Below are positions 55,244-64,000 of a DNA stretch of 64,000 nt, one piece after another. The DNA comes from Alphaproteobacteria bacterium (GTDB lineage Bacteria; Pseudomonadota; Alphaproteobacteria; Micavibrionales; Micavibrionaceae), in assembly GCA_021776025.1 (NCBI GenBank), contig JAJFGR010000011.1:2631-66630 (forward strand), in the 5' to 3' direction. The translations under genes were made by a program, and so were the position numbers. The notes beneath the pieces were generated by a model. It was given only the letters and a program-made list of their open reading frames with translations, ran no database searches and had not been told where the DNA came from. Numbering within the stretch: position 1 is the first letter of the stretch; each line of letters begins with the position of its first letter.

Positions 55244-56260
55244 TTATCGGGATTTGCTGATACCAAGCACCGCTTGTGAGCAGAGCGTTTCTACAGGGGC
55301 GCCGGTTTGTTTGCATTGTGCTTCCAGAGCCATAAGTTTTTGTAATACCTTGGAAATTCCGTTTTCTGACCAGCGATTAACCTGTGCTTTAAAGGCATTT
55401 TGCTGTTTAAAGAAGATTGGAGGGCTCAAGGTTTTCATGGCACTTTCTATCGATTCGCCCTTCTCAGCCTTGGTTTTGGTGAGGTGCAGTTTACGGAAAT
55501 GTGTTTGCAAAGAGCGCAGGATGACAACGAATGAAACTCCCTCTTCCATAAGCTGGTTAAAAGTTCTGAGCGCGCCGAGTGTGTTGTGTCCTGCGGTTGC
55601 ATAAACCAAATCATCAAGGGCTAAGGCGCCTGCCTCACCGCAGCAGGCCTGAACGTCGTGGATGCTTACGGGTGTTTTGTCATGTCCTTTATAAGTTATG
55701 AGTTTTTCGAGCTCATTTCTGGCTTTCTGGCGATCCCCGGATATATTGGCAGCCAGCCAGGTGACTGCATCCTGGTCTATACCAACACCTTCAGCTTGGA
55801 ATGTTTCACGGATCAGGCGGCCTAAATCGCGCTCATCTTCAACGTAACAGGGCACAGCAGCGGCGTTTTTGGCTGATTCGCAGAGTTTACGCAGGGAACT
55901 GCGCGGGCTGAGTTCACCAGCTTCGAGAATAATAAGGGCCGATTCGGATGGATTTTCGAGGTATGTTTTAACGAGAGGCGTGACTTTATCGCCTGCGTCT
56001 TCAATGCGAATGAGCCGATCTCCACCCATCATCGAGATGGCGCCGGCCTCGTCAGTAAGCCTTGCCGGATCATCGCTGAGGACATCTGTAGACAAGGTGA
56101 TGGCGTTAAAGGGGTCGCTTAGGTCTTCAACGACAGTTTTGCCCATAATACTAGCGCGTTCTTTCATCAGCCCGTTATCTGGGCCGTAGGCTAGTATAAC
56201 TCGTGCTGCCGGGTTAGGGGCTTTTACGAATGGCTCGATGTCACGATATGCTAATTTCAT
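55244..56260 (-). CDS. holA: DNA polymerase III delta subunit
   Basis: 338 aa. Carries VILAYGPDNGL… and has the size and position (next to lptE/leuS) typical of holA. Confidence 0.8.
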   Translation of the reverse strand: MKLAYRDIEPFVKAPNPAARVILAYGPDNGLMKERASIMGKTVVEDLSDPFNAITLSTDVLSDDPARLTDEAGAISMMGGDRLIRIEDAGDKVTPLVKTYLENPSESALIILEAGELSPRSSLRKLCESAKNAAAVPCYVEDERDLGRLIRETFQAEGVGIDQDAVTWLAANISGDRQKARNELEKLITYKGHDKTPVSIHDVQACCGEAGALALDDLVYATAGHNTLGALRTFNQLMEEGVSFVVILRSLQTHFRKLHLTKTKAEKGESIESAMKTLSPPIFFKQQNAFKAQVNRWSENGISKVLQKLMALEAQCKQTGAPVETLCSQAVLGISKSR

Positions 56261-56368
56261 AGATTAAAGCTTAAACAGATTCTCGTAGGTGGCCAATATT
56301 AACCTCGCAGAACACAAAAAGTTATAAACATACCGACTGGTCGGTCTTTATGTATTTTTGTAATGGCA

Positions 56369-57817
56369 TCAGACTGTTGAGCAAGTTTCTGCGCGCTGCG
56401 GGTGAGTGGAAATTTGTTTTTTGAACAGGGTGCGGGCGCAAAGACCGGGGTTTTCAAAGATTTTTTGGTCGTAAGAGCGTTGAAAATCCTTGGCTTTGTC
56501 CAGCGTATCAAAAAGCAGGGCGTTTACCTTGGAATCGGTACAGCCAGTGCGGCAGATGGTGAGCAGGGGGCTGAGCTCATCTTCGTAATCACCCATCAAG
56601 CTGGCGTTTTGAATTAGATCAGCAAAATTCTTAGCAAAATCTGCCATTGTTCCTTGCCCATAGGGGATATCGAGGAATTTTTCGTTATGTTGGCGCGCTG
56701 CCTTATAAGCGGTTTCCAATGGCGTTTTCAGGGATTCGGGGTTTGATAAATCGAAGCCATAACGGCCCAAAATCTCATCAACTTTCTGCGCAAATACACT
56801 GTCAAAAGCCAACGCCGCCATAATTAGCAAAGCGGTTTGATGTTGATGCACGCCAACGCCGAACATTCGCGCTTCATAGCGATGATTGACGATTTCATTC
56901 TGTTTGTTTCTTAGTGCTGCAATTTTTATATCTGGCCAGAGGATGCTTTGGGAGAAAAAATAATTTGTGGCCGTATTCAAGCCTTGATCGCGCAGTTCAT
57001 TAAAACTGGTGAAAGTGCCCGAGGGCAAACGGATCATCTCGCCCTTTTCATCGTAATAAACGAAAAGCGGATTGTTCATGACGTTATCAATGTGGCTGTG
57101 AATATATTCTTCGCCCGTTTTTGCGGTGTAAAGATAAGAGGGTACGCTGCCGCGGCTGCCTAATGCGGCGCGGTGATGCATACCGGCATTGCCTGTGAAT
57201 GGCTGGCCTTCATTAAAGGCGGCTGCATTATCGGTGATCATGAACAGGAAAGGACTTAGGGCATAGAGCCGCCGGACATTGTCCAGCATATGATTATGGT
57301 CACGATAGCTCACTGAAACTTGGTTAGACTTACAAACCGAAAAATAGGCGGCCACCGCTTGCATGTCCTCTCGCGGCGGGCCGAAAAAGGCCTGATAGCG
57401 ATCAACATCCATAAGATTGTCCAGAAGCTCAGCGGCTGTTTTATCCGGCAGATGCTGGAAATATGAACGTTTAAGACCGATATCGCTGGCCTTTTGCGTG
57501 AGGCATTCGATTTTGTGCTGCGCATCCTTCATAATAGCTTTGAGTTCACTAGGGCCACCGGGGATTGAGCCGATTTCTAGCATTTCTGATGTTGGTTCGT
57601 TGCGGGCAAAGTCGCTGCCGCAGGCGTCGTTTACCGCATTTTTAACAACCTTGTTCTGGCAAACACTCATGATCGCAAGATCCAGGCTTTTCGGGTCGAA
57701 AAAGCCAAGCTCAACTTCGACGCCAATCATAGAATCGTTACCGGCACCTTTATAAAGATGAATAACATCATCCGGGGATTCGATAAGTCGCAGATCGCTG
57801 GCGTTGACTTCAGACAT
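56369..57817 (-). CDS. glutamate-cysteine ligase-like carboxylate-amine ligase (GCS2-type), putative
   Basis: Trimmed to the ATG at 57817 (MSEVNASDLRLIE…), giving 482 aa. An IGVEVELGFF-type metal/substrate strand is present near the N-terminus. Assignment to a specific family was not verified. Confidence 0.45.
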   Translation of the reverse strand: MSEVNASDLRLIESPDDVIHLYKGAGNDSMIGVEVELGFFDPKSLDLAIMSVCQNKVVKNAVNDACGSDFARNEPTSEMLEIGSIPGGPSELKAIMKDAQHKIECLTQKASDIGLKRSYFQHLPDKTAAELLDNLMDVDRYQAFFGPPREDMQAVAAYFSVCKSNQVSVSYRDHNHMLDNVRRLYALSPFLFMITDNAAAFNEGQPFTGNAGMHHRAALGSRGSVPSYLYTAKTGEEYIHSHIDNVMNNPLFVYYDEKGEMIRLPSGTFTSFNELRDQGLNTATNYFFSQSILWPDIKIAALRNKQNEIVNHRYEARMFGVGVHQHQTALLIMAALAFDSVFAQKVDEILGRYGFDLSNPESLKTPLETAYKAARQHNEKFLDIPYGQGTMADFAKNFADLIQNASLMGDYEDELSPLLTICRTGCTDSKVNALLFDTLDKAKDFQRSYDQKIFENPGLCARTLFKKQISTHPQRAETCSTV

Positions 57818-57902
57818 AATGGGCCTTCTCTCATTTGTTTCGTATAATATGGGGCAAGTGAGAAAAATAGCAAATAGCATGTTTCTATAACGGGCGACCT
57901 TA

Positions 57903-58592
57903 TTAGTCAGGCATTCTTCCAACCATGATGTTGTTTGTCACGGGAACTCCGGTTATGAAATTTTTGAAGATACTCGGTTGTTCTTCTATTGTTATAATTT
58001 CTGCACCGTTTCTCTCGAACTGTCCTCGTAATGTTGGTGTGTGGTGTTTTATACTTTTAACACCTGGAAATTCAGTTCCTTGGGGTTCATAGCAAAAACC
58101 GAATAACCCTCCAGGCTTTAGAACACGAGTGACTTCTTTTGCAAAGTTTTGGGTATTTTCAATAAAATCAAGAACGCCGACACAGGTTACGATGTGGAAT
58201 TCATTACTTGGACTCCAGGGCAAGTCTTCGGCGCCGCTATGTATTGCTCTATCAATATGTTTTCCTTCTGTTGCCCTTTTCAGCATTTCTTGAGAAAGAT
58301 CAACACCGGTTACGTGGACAGTTCCGTTATGCTTTTGTTTAAAGTGCTCGCCTAGTTCACCGTGTCCGGTACCCAGATCTAAAATAAATAAGTCGTTGTT
58401 ATTAAGTGACCGTTTATTAATTTCCGCTTGTAATGCTTCGAAAACGACAATTGGGCCGATCCATTCTACTTTTTTACTGCCAATTTTGTATTTTTCGGCC
58501 ATTTTATCGAAATGCGCTCCAATAATTCTATGGTCGCCGTTTCCGTAGGTTGTTCCTTGTGCCGGTACGTCTTCATGTGGCTGAAGTGTCAT
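57903..58592 (-). CDS. class I SAM-dependent methyltransferase
   Basis: Start at the ATG at 58592, after GGAG. Motif I is ILDLGTGHGELG, and VGVLDFI and LKPGGLF are also present. Confidence 0.75.
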   Translation of the reverse strand: MTLQPHEDVPAQGTTYGNGDHRIIGAHFDKMAEKYKIGSKKVEWIGPIVVFEALQAEINKRSLNNNDLFILDLGTGHGELGEHFKQKHNGTVHVTGVDLSQEMLKRATEGKHIDRAIHSGAEDLPWSPSNEFHIVTCVGVLDFIENTQNFAKEVTRVLKPGGLFGFCYEPQGTEFPGVKSIKHHTPTLRGQFERNGAEIITIEEQPSIFKNFITGVPVTNNIMVGRMPD

Positions 58593-58602
58593 GTTTATCT
58601 CC

Positions 58603-58625
58603 AAAAAACTTGCCCGAAAATCGGG
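58603..58625 (-). terminator. weak intrinsic terminator/attenuator hairpin directly upstream of the methyltransferase RBS
   Basis: The minus strand reads CCCGA-UUU-UCGGG, then CAAG, then U6, then GGAGATAAAC-ATG. The stem is short, so confidence is modest. Confidence 0.4.
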
Positions 58626-58744
58626 TTAAAAATATTTCTAAGTCTGTTGGGGAGAATTAAGGATTAAGCCTTAAAGCATACCCCGCCAGGTTTCCAAAAT
58701 GTGGAGACCACGGGCGGGAGCGAGGCTCTTTACCGTGGCGCTTT

Positions 58745-58787
58745 AGCTTTTTTAACGCGGTGCAAGCTGAGTCCATCAAATGCCGCG
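58745..58787 (-). ncRNA. H-type pseudoknot candidate (SAM-II-like topology) within the leader
   Basis: The minus strand reads CGCGG-CAUUUGAUGGACUC-AGCUU-GCA-CCGCG-UUAAAA-AAGCU-AAAG. Stem 1 is CGCGG/CCGCG and stem 2 is AGCUU/AAGCU. The U-containing loop 1 and the 3' AAAGCU recall the SAM-II consensus as I remember it. Confidence 0.3.
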
Positions 58788-58791
58788 ATTT

Positions 58792-58890
58792 CGCCAAACA
58801 ATTTTGATTTTTTGCTTTGATTTGTTTCGCTCAAGTATTGAAATACTCTTCGCTTTTCAAATCTTTGCCAAAAACCAAAATTGTTTGGCG
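58792..58890. repeat. 99-bp imperfect palindrome (long hairpin)
   Basis: The outer arms CGCCAAACAATTTTG (58792-58806) and CAAAATTGTTTGGCG (58876-58890) are perfect complements. The inner arms are partly complementary and the centre is AGTATT-GA-AATACT. Confidence 0.75.
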
Positions 58891-58901
58891 ATAATGTTTT
58901 C

Positions 58902-58931
58902 CTTATAGCGCGGTTATTGTAAAACCGTCAA
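58902..58931 (-). promoter_or_regulatory. sigma-70-like promoter for the leader and methyltransferase operon
   Basis: The minus strand reads TTGACG, an 18-nt spacer, then TATAAG. The -10 element ends ~11 nt before the long palindrome. Confidence 0.4.
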
Positions 58932-58972
58932 TATATTTTTTAGGTAATTTTATTACTTTTTTATAGCATAAA

Positions 58973-59482
58973 TTAAGATTGGCGTTTGAAGTGCAGTGCG
59001 AGTTGTTCTTCGATCTGGCGAGCGAGGTCGCTCAGTGCATTTTCGCGGGTGTTTTGTTCGGATACGCGGTTGGCAAATTCGCTGTCGATGATGTTATAGC
59101 TGGCGATGGAGCGCAGGTTGCGTTTTAAAAGTGTTTCGCCTGTTTTTTTGTCGTTCAGTATCATCGTAATTCTTAAGGTTAGCTGACCGCGCGTTGTATC
59201 CGAATCAATGGTGATATCCAGATCGCGGAGGCTTTCGGATACAGGGCTCATAGATAATTTATATTTTGGGTTTGCCGGGCGGCCATCGCGATAGAAACGT
59301 TCGATGAGGGCGTTGCGCAGAAATTGTCCTTCACGATCAGGGATGCCGCTGATTTCTATTTGAGATAGATGCTCCTCAACACCGATAGCGGTGTATTTAT
59401 TGACGCCATAAACTGGGTGAAAACCGCATGCGGCGATGATGCCTAAAGACATCAAAAGCAGGTATGTGGAAATTCTGTTCAT
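58973..59482 (-). CDS. lptE: LPS-assembly lipoprotein LptE
   Basis: 169 aa. Lipobox LGIIAACGFHPVYG. Located downstream of leuS, as is usual. Confidence 0.8.
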   Translation of the reverse strand: MNRISTYLLLMSLGIIAACGFHPVYGVNKYTAIGVEEHLSQIEISGIPDREGQFLRNALIERFYRDGRPANPKYKLSMSPVSESLRDLDITIDSDTTRGQLTLRITMILNDKKTGETLLKRNLRSIASYNIIDSEFANRVSEQNTRENALSDLARQIEEQLALHFKRQS

Positions 59483-60162
59483 GATTTTTTGTACCCTAAT
59501 ATACGCGTTTGTAAAATGATCATATAGAGCAAGACGAAAAAGAACAAATAGAGTTCTTCGACTTCGCTGGCGCGCTGGAATATGCGAGCATCGAAATTCA
59601 TTTTGCAGATTTTTTGGCCGAATTTGGCAAAGATATAAATGAGCGACGTCACGGCCAGAATTGTTGGCGGATAAATAATATTGAATTTTTTAGGCAGCCA
59701 ATCGGCTTTGAATCTGCGCAGCAGCGGGATGATCGTGCCTCCGGCAATGACGCCGATTTCAAGGAGGAGGCGTGGTTTTTGGTTGAGCCATTTCGAAGTG
59801 TTATGCAGGTTAGTTTCGTTTTGGTAATTGCGCGCCTGCCAATCTTCGGGTGTTGTCCATTGGAAGATCCATTGGCCCCAGCTGATTTCTTCGGCGGCGA
59901 CATAAAAACTTCCCAGCGCAGCCACGATAATCCAGAGCGTAAGCCAGATATTGGCCTTTCGGTCCATCTGCAGAAAAATTTTACAGGCCAAACCAAATAC
60001 GCCGACCAGCATGGCAAATTGCAGCCATTCATGCAGACCGTTTTCACGGTGGAAATTTAAAAGAGTTTCATTAGGGATGAGCGCTTCGGCGGCCAGTTGG
60101 CCGATCATCCAGATAATGGGAATCCATAGCCAGAAAATCGGTTTTATGGCTTGTCCGTCCAT
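59479..60162 (-). CDS. hypothetical polytopic membrane protein
   Basis: The ORF-track entry overlaps leuS, so it was trimmed to the ATG at 60162 (MDGQAIKPIFWLWIPIIWMIG…), giving 227 aa with about 6 TM helices. The start is 1 nt after the leuS stop, and it has an ATGA overlap with lptE. Confidence 0.55.
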   Translation of the reverse strand: MDGQAIKPIFWLWIPIIWMIGQLAAEALIPNETLLNFHRENGLHEWLQFAMLVGVFGLACKIFLQMDRKANIWLTLWIIVAALGSFYVAAEEISWGQWIFQWTTPEDWQARNYQNETNLHNTSKWLNQKPRLLLEIGVIAGGTIIPLLRRFKADWLPKKFNIIYPPTILAVTSLIYIFAKFGQKICKMNFDARIFQRASEVEELYLFFFVLLYMIILQTRILGYKKS

Positions 60163-60163
60163 T

Positions 60164-62722
60164 TTATCCTGCCACCAAATTAACGATTTTACCCGGGACA
60201 TAAATGAATTTACGGATCTCTTTGCCGTCCATCGCTTTTTTGACATTGTCTTGGGCCAGAGCAGCTTCGCGCGCGGTGTCTTCCGCGGCATCGGGCGCGA
60301 GGGTGATTTGCGCGCGGACCTTGCCGTTAACCTGCACGCCGATGGTGACTGTGTCATCGCTGAGCAAGCTCTCATCGACTTCCGGCCATGGTGATTCGGC
60401 GAGGAGTGTTTTATGTCCCAACTCGGCCCATAGCTCTTCTGCCAAATGCGGCATCATTGGGCCGAACAGTTTGATAAGCGCTTCGAACGCTTCGCGCTGG
60501 GCCCAGCGGTCGGCGTCATCGACAGGCTTGAAGCTTTGGATGGCGTTGGATAACTCACGAATTTGCGCGACGGCTTTATTCATGGCGAAATCTTCGATAC
60601 TTTTGGCAACGCCATGAACAGTTTTATGGGTGGCGCTGCGAAGATCGTTCGCGGCTTCACTGAAATCTTTAGGAGAGGGGGAGTTAGCGGCAGGTAAATC
60701 ATCTTTCTGTTCGATGATCATACGGTGCAATTTGTTGATATATTTCCATGCGCCTTCAATGCCGCTTTCTGTCCATTGTAGATCACGCTCTGGCGGTGAA
60801 TCGGATAGGATAAACAGCCGCGCAGCGTCCGCGCCGTATGTTCCCAAAATATCTTCGGGGTCGATAACATTCATTTTGGATTTTGACATTTTAATGGATG
60901 GGCCAACTTTGATCGCGGATTTGTCTTTCTCATTCAGTGCATCATAATCGGCGGGCGTTACCCATTTTCCATCAGCATCTGTATATGTTTCGTGCGTGAC
61001 CATGCCTTGGGTGAATAGTCCTGAGAATGGTTCTTTCACATCCAGCCAGCCGCAATCGGCTAGCGCACGGGTGCAAAATCTTGCGTAAAGTAGGTGCAGA
61101 ACGGCGTGCTCAATGCCGCCGATATATTGATCGACGGGCATCCAATAGGCGGCTTTATCTTTATCAAAACCGGCTTTCGTATTTTGCGGATCGAGATAGC
61201 GCAGAAAATACCAGTTGGATTCAAAAAACGTGTCGCAGGTATCTGTCTCGCGCTGGGCAGTTTCGCCGCATTTTGGACATTTTGTGTCTTTCCATGTTGG
61301 GTGACGGGCCAATGGGTTGCCCGGCTCATCATAATCAATATCCATCGGCAGTTCGATGGGCAGCTGATCTTCCGGCACAGGGACAACGCCGCAAGTTTCA
61401 CAATGCACCATCGGAATAGGGCAGCCCCAATAACGCTGGCGAGAGATACCCCAATCGCGCAGGCGGTATTGCGTTGTTACTTCGCCAATGCCGAGTTTAT
61501 CGATTTTTGCTTCCATGGCTTTTTTGGCATCTTCAACGCTCATGTCATCTAGGAAACGGGAATTGAACAATTTTCCAGGCCCAGAATATGCTTCTGTTTG
61601 GTTTTCAAAGAAATCGTTATTTTCCCCTTCTGGAAGAATGACGGGTGGAATTTCTAAGCCGTATTTATTTGCAAATTCAAAGTCACGTTGATCGTGTGCA
61701 GGCACGCCCATGACCGCGCCCGTTCCGTAATCCATTAAGACGTAATTAGCGATGAGGATTGGCACCTCAATATCAGGTGCGAATGGGTTAATGCCGACAT
61801 ATTCGGTGTCGAAGCCAATTTTTTCAGCTTGGGCGATGGCTTCTTCTGATGTTCCGGTGGCCTGACATTTCTGAACGAATTCGTTAAAACCGTCTTTTCC
61901 TTCTGCTAATTTTTTTGATAATGGGTGGTCGACAGCCAGAACAATAAAGCTCACCCCGAAAATTGTGTCATGACGGGTTGTGTACACGTCTATTTTTTCT
62001 TCAGTGTCTTTGACATCGAATGCAAAGCGCACACCTTGTGATTTACCAATCCAGTTTTCCTGCATGATGCGGACTTTATCAGGCCAGCGGGGGAGCTCTT
62101 TCAAGGCTTCAAGTAAATCATCGGCATAATGGGTGATTTTCAAAAACCATTGCGACAGTGTGCGGCGCTCAACGGGCGCGCCTGTGCGCCAGCCTTTACC
62201 ATCAACAACCTGTTCATTGGCCAGAACGGTATTATCAACTGGGTCCCAGTTCACAACCGATTCCTTACGATAGGCGAGGCCTTTTTCGTAGAAATCGAGG
62301 AACATTTTTTGTTCGTGTTTATAATAGCCCACATCGCAAGAGGTGACTTCACGGCTCCAATCAATCGCCAGTCCCATTGCCTTGAGTTGGCGTTTCATTT
62401 CATCAATGTTGCTGTAAGTCCAGTCTGCTGGATGTGTTCCGCGCTCCATAGCTGCGTTTTCCGCAGGCAGGCCGAGAGCATCCCAACCCATTGGATTGAG
62501 CACATTAAAGCCTTGGGCTTTTTTATAGCGCGCGACAACATCAGACAGTGTGTAGTTGCGGACATGGCCGACATGGATGCGCCCGGATGGATAGGGCAGC
62601 ATGGCTAGCACGTAGTATTTTTCCTTGTTCGGGTCTTCGGTGACCTCAAAACATTTATCGGCTTCCCAGCGGGCGCGCCATTTCTCTTCGGATTCTTTGA
62701 TGTTGTATTTTTCTTGTGTCAT
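60164..62722 (-). CDS. leuS: leucyl-tRNA synthetase
   Basis: Trimmed to the ATG at 62722 ([19 protein letters not shown]). Carries the HIGH-type motif [11 protein letters not shown] and the KMSKS motif. Confidence 0.95.
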   Translation of the reverse strand: MTQEKYNIKESEEKWRARWEADKCFEVTEDPNKEKYYVLAMLPYPSGRIHVGHVRNYTLSDVVARYKKAQGFNVLNPMGWDALGLPAENAAMERGTHPADWTYSNIDEMKRQLKAMGLAIDWSREVTSCDVGYYKHEQKMFLDFYEKGLAYRKESVVNWDPVDNTVLANEQVVDGKGWRTGAPVERRTLSQWFLKITHYADDLLEALKELPRWPDKVRIMQENWIGKSQGVRFAFDVKDTEEKIDVYTTRHDTIFGVSFIVLAVDHPLSKKLAEGKDGFNEFVQKCQATGTSEEAIAQAEKIGFDTEYVGINPFAPDIEVPILIANYVLMDYGTGAVMGVPAHDQRDFEFANKYGLEIPPVILPEGENNDFFENQTEAYSGPGKLFNSRFLDDMSVEDAKKAMEAKIDKLGIGEVTTQYRLRDWGISRQRYWGCPIPMVHCETCGVVPVPEDQLPIELPMDIDYDEPGNPLARHPTWKDTKCPKCGETAQRETDTCDTFFESNWYFLRYLDPQNTKAGFDKDKAAYWMPVDQYIGGIEHAVLHLLYARFCTRALADCGWLDVKEPFSGLFTQGMVTHETYTDADGKWVTPADYDALNEKDKSAIKVGPSIKMSKSKMNVIDPEDILGTYGADAARLFILSDSPPERDLQWTESGIEGAWKYINKLHRMIIEQKDDLPAANSPSPKDFSEAANDLRSATHKTVHGVAKSIEDFAMNKAVAQIRELSNAIQSFKPVDDADRWAQREAFEALIKLFGPMMPHLAEELWAELGHKTLLAESPWPEVDESLLSDDTVTIGVQVNGKVRAQITLAPDAAEDTAREAALAQDNVKKAMDGKEIRKFIYVPGKIVNLVAG

Positions 62723-62732
62723 AGAGTGACGA

Positions 62733-63521
62733 TTAGCTGAATTTCTTACGTGTTGCAAGGTCTCGCGGTGCATTGCCCCAATAGACCCAGGCTTTGCCGA
62801 GAGCTTCGCTTAATTTAAAAAGCAGGCGGGTGATTTTGAATTTGAGTTTGGCGAGGCCGCTAAGAGCAATGGTCTTGTCATGGCGTTCTTCACCGATAGC
62901 GGATTCAAAAGAAAGATCCTGCACGGCAAGTCCGGGCTGGACGGAATAAGCCCTAATGCCGGTTTCCCAGCCGCGCCCCAAAACCGTATCAATGGGAAAA
63001 GCGAAGGTTTTGGTGGCTTTCATAAGTTTTTCCGCGCCTTTGCGGCTTATCAGAGTAGCATGGGCACCGCCGGGGGCTGTGCGCAGGCGGACCAGCCAGA
63101 AATTTTTGATCAGCGGGACAATCTTGCGATGCTTGCCCTTGGCGACTTTCGGGCTGCCGAGCAGGCGGACGATATCGAAATTAGCATGTTTGCTGATAAG
63201 GGTTTCCAAAGCCGTTTTGGTGTTTTCATCAAAACGCGCGTCATCTTCAACAACCAGAGCATAATCGAGATTTTGCCTCAATATTTCTTCATAAATTCCG
63301 CGGTGAGAGAGAAAACAGCCTAGTTCGCCGGGTTTAAGATCACGACCATGCGCGGCACGGCGGCGGCGGGCATTATAATCGGGATGTTCCAGCACATTCA
63401 TCTGCCGTCCATCCACTGCATCAAAAAACTGAAAATCAAAGCCGCGCTCCTTGAGATGTACAGCTATCGCATCCCTGCGAGCTGTTTCATCCTTAAGGGA
63501 GATCACAAAAATGGGAATCAT
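62733..63521 (-). CDS. glycosyltransferase family 25 (LPS/LOS beta-glycosyltransferase-like)
   Basis: 262 aa. Carries [17 protein letters not shown]…, GELGCFLSH and VVEDDA. Confidence 0.75.
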   Translation of the reverse strand: MIPIFVISLKDETARRDAIAVHLKERGFDFQFFDAVDGRQMNVLEHPDYNARRRRAAHGRDLKPGELGCFLSHRGIYEEILRQNLDYALVVEDDARFDENTKTALETLISKHANFDIVRLLGSPKVAKGKHRKIVPLIKNFWLVRLRTAPGGAHATLISRKGAEKLMKATKTFAFPIDTVLGRGWETGIRAYSVQPGLAVQDLSFESAIGEERHDKTIALSGLAKLKFKITRLLFKLSEALGKAWVYWGNAPRDLATRKKFS

Positions 63522-63533
63522 GAGAAAACGGCT

Positions 63534-64000
63534 TTATTCGTCGAGTTGAGCGACGCGAAGCTGGCGGGCACGGGTCAGGATTGTGTCTTCAAGTTGGCGC
63601 GCTGTTTCGGCGGATGGCTTGATATCACGCCAGGCGCCTTTGCTGCGAACTTGTTTAAAGACTCGGACCTGTACACCATCGGAGCGTAGGGCGCGGCTTA
63701 AGATAAAGACATTGAGCTTAAAGCGTTCATCGGCGTTTTCTGCCGGGGTATACCAATCGGTGAGAATCACGCCGCCAAACGGATCGGCGCTGGCGAGCGG
63801 CATAAAGGAGACCGTATCGAGCGATGCGCGCCATAAGAAGCTGTTTACAGAAATACCTGAAGAGCCGTCTTCGTTGTCTTCACCGCGTTTTCCGCCAAAA
63901 GAAATGCCGTCAGCGCCAAATATACTGGTAGGCTTAGCGTAGATATCGCCGCCTTGTTGACCGTCACGGTCTGCGCCTGTCGGGTATTTGGCTTCGGTCT
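63534..64000 (-). CDS. DUF3576-like protein, C-terminal part; the 5' end lies beyond the window end
   Basis: The frame stays open upstream of the tracked Met to position 64000. Manual translation gives …FLWRASLDTVSFMPLASADPFGGVILTDWY…. Confidence 0.65.
   Translation of the reverse strand, partial: TEAKYPTGADRDGQQGGDIYAKPTSIFGADGISFGGKRGEDNEDGSSGISVNSFLWRASLDTVSFMPLASADPFGGVILTDWYTPAENADERFKLNVFILSRALRSDGVQVRVFKQVRSKGAWRDIKPSAETARQLEDTILTRARQLRVAQLDE

Noticed and set aside
60163-60375. N-terminal extension of ORF 59479-60375, overlapping the leuS 3' end.
   Set aside because: It is basic low-complexity sequence read from the leuS coding region in another frame. The hydrophobic membrane protein begins at the ATG at 60162.
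1-64000. CRISPR arrays, IS/transposase genes, and tRNA, rRNA and tmRNA genes.
   Set aside because: No spaced direct-repeat arrays, transposase-like ORFs or cloverleaf/rRNA-like conserved strings were noticed in any intergenic region. Absence by eye is not proof; tRNAscan or Infernal would settle it.

Overview
This is an alphaproteobacterial-type chromosomal window covering the neighbourhood of the replication origin. All homology calls rest on motif recognition, protein length and synteny read by eye; no searches were run.

The left ~27 kb (about 2.4-29.8 kb) is a Dot/Icm-like type IVB secretion locus with IncI-like (traH..traU) gene order. It contains, in order:
- a DsbC-like oxidoreductase, a Pro-rich protein and a VirB1-like lytic transglycosylase;
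- dotD-dotC-dotB-icmT and a Pro-rich TcpQ-domain protein;
- a minus-strand block of three paralogous secreted Cys-containing proteins, followed by flgK-flgL with their own sigma-54 promoter;
- icmL-icmK-icmE-icmG;
- a 601-aa membrane protein built from five tandem copies of a two-helix DotE/DotP (pilin-like) module, and a 128-aa single-module paralog;
- icmJ, icmB and a small bitopic protein.

DotA, DotL (the coupling protein), DotM, IcmF/DotU, a relaxase and an integrase were not seen in the window.

The right ~34 kb is conserved housekeeping, in this order:
- AKR, mltA, a Tim44-like gene, fxsA, secB, ecn, dnaQ, coaE, aroE, maf and a PDRP gene;
- two tandem paralogs of unknown function;
- a candidate oriC upstream of hemE, with 9 GANTC sites in 209 bp;
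- hemE-hemH-hemJ, rho, mnmE, mnmG, rsmG, parA and parB, with seven parS-like sites;
- holA, then a two-gene insert (GCS-like ligase plus methyltransferase) behind a structured leader;
- lptE, leuS, a GT25 gene and a DUF3576-like gene.

No rRNA, tRNA, CRISPR array, IS element or integrase was recognised.
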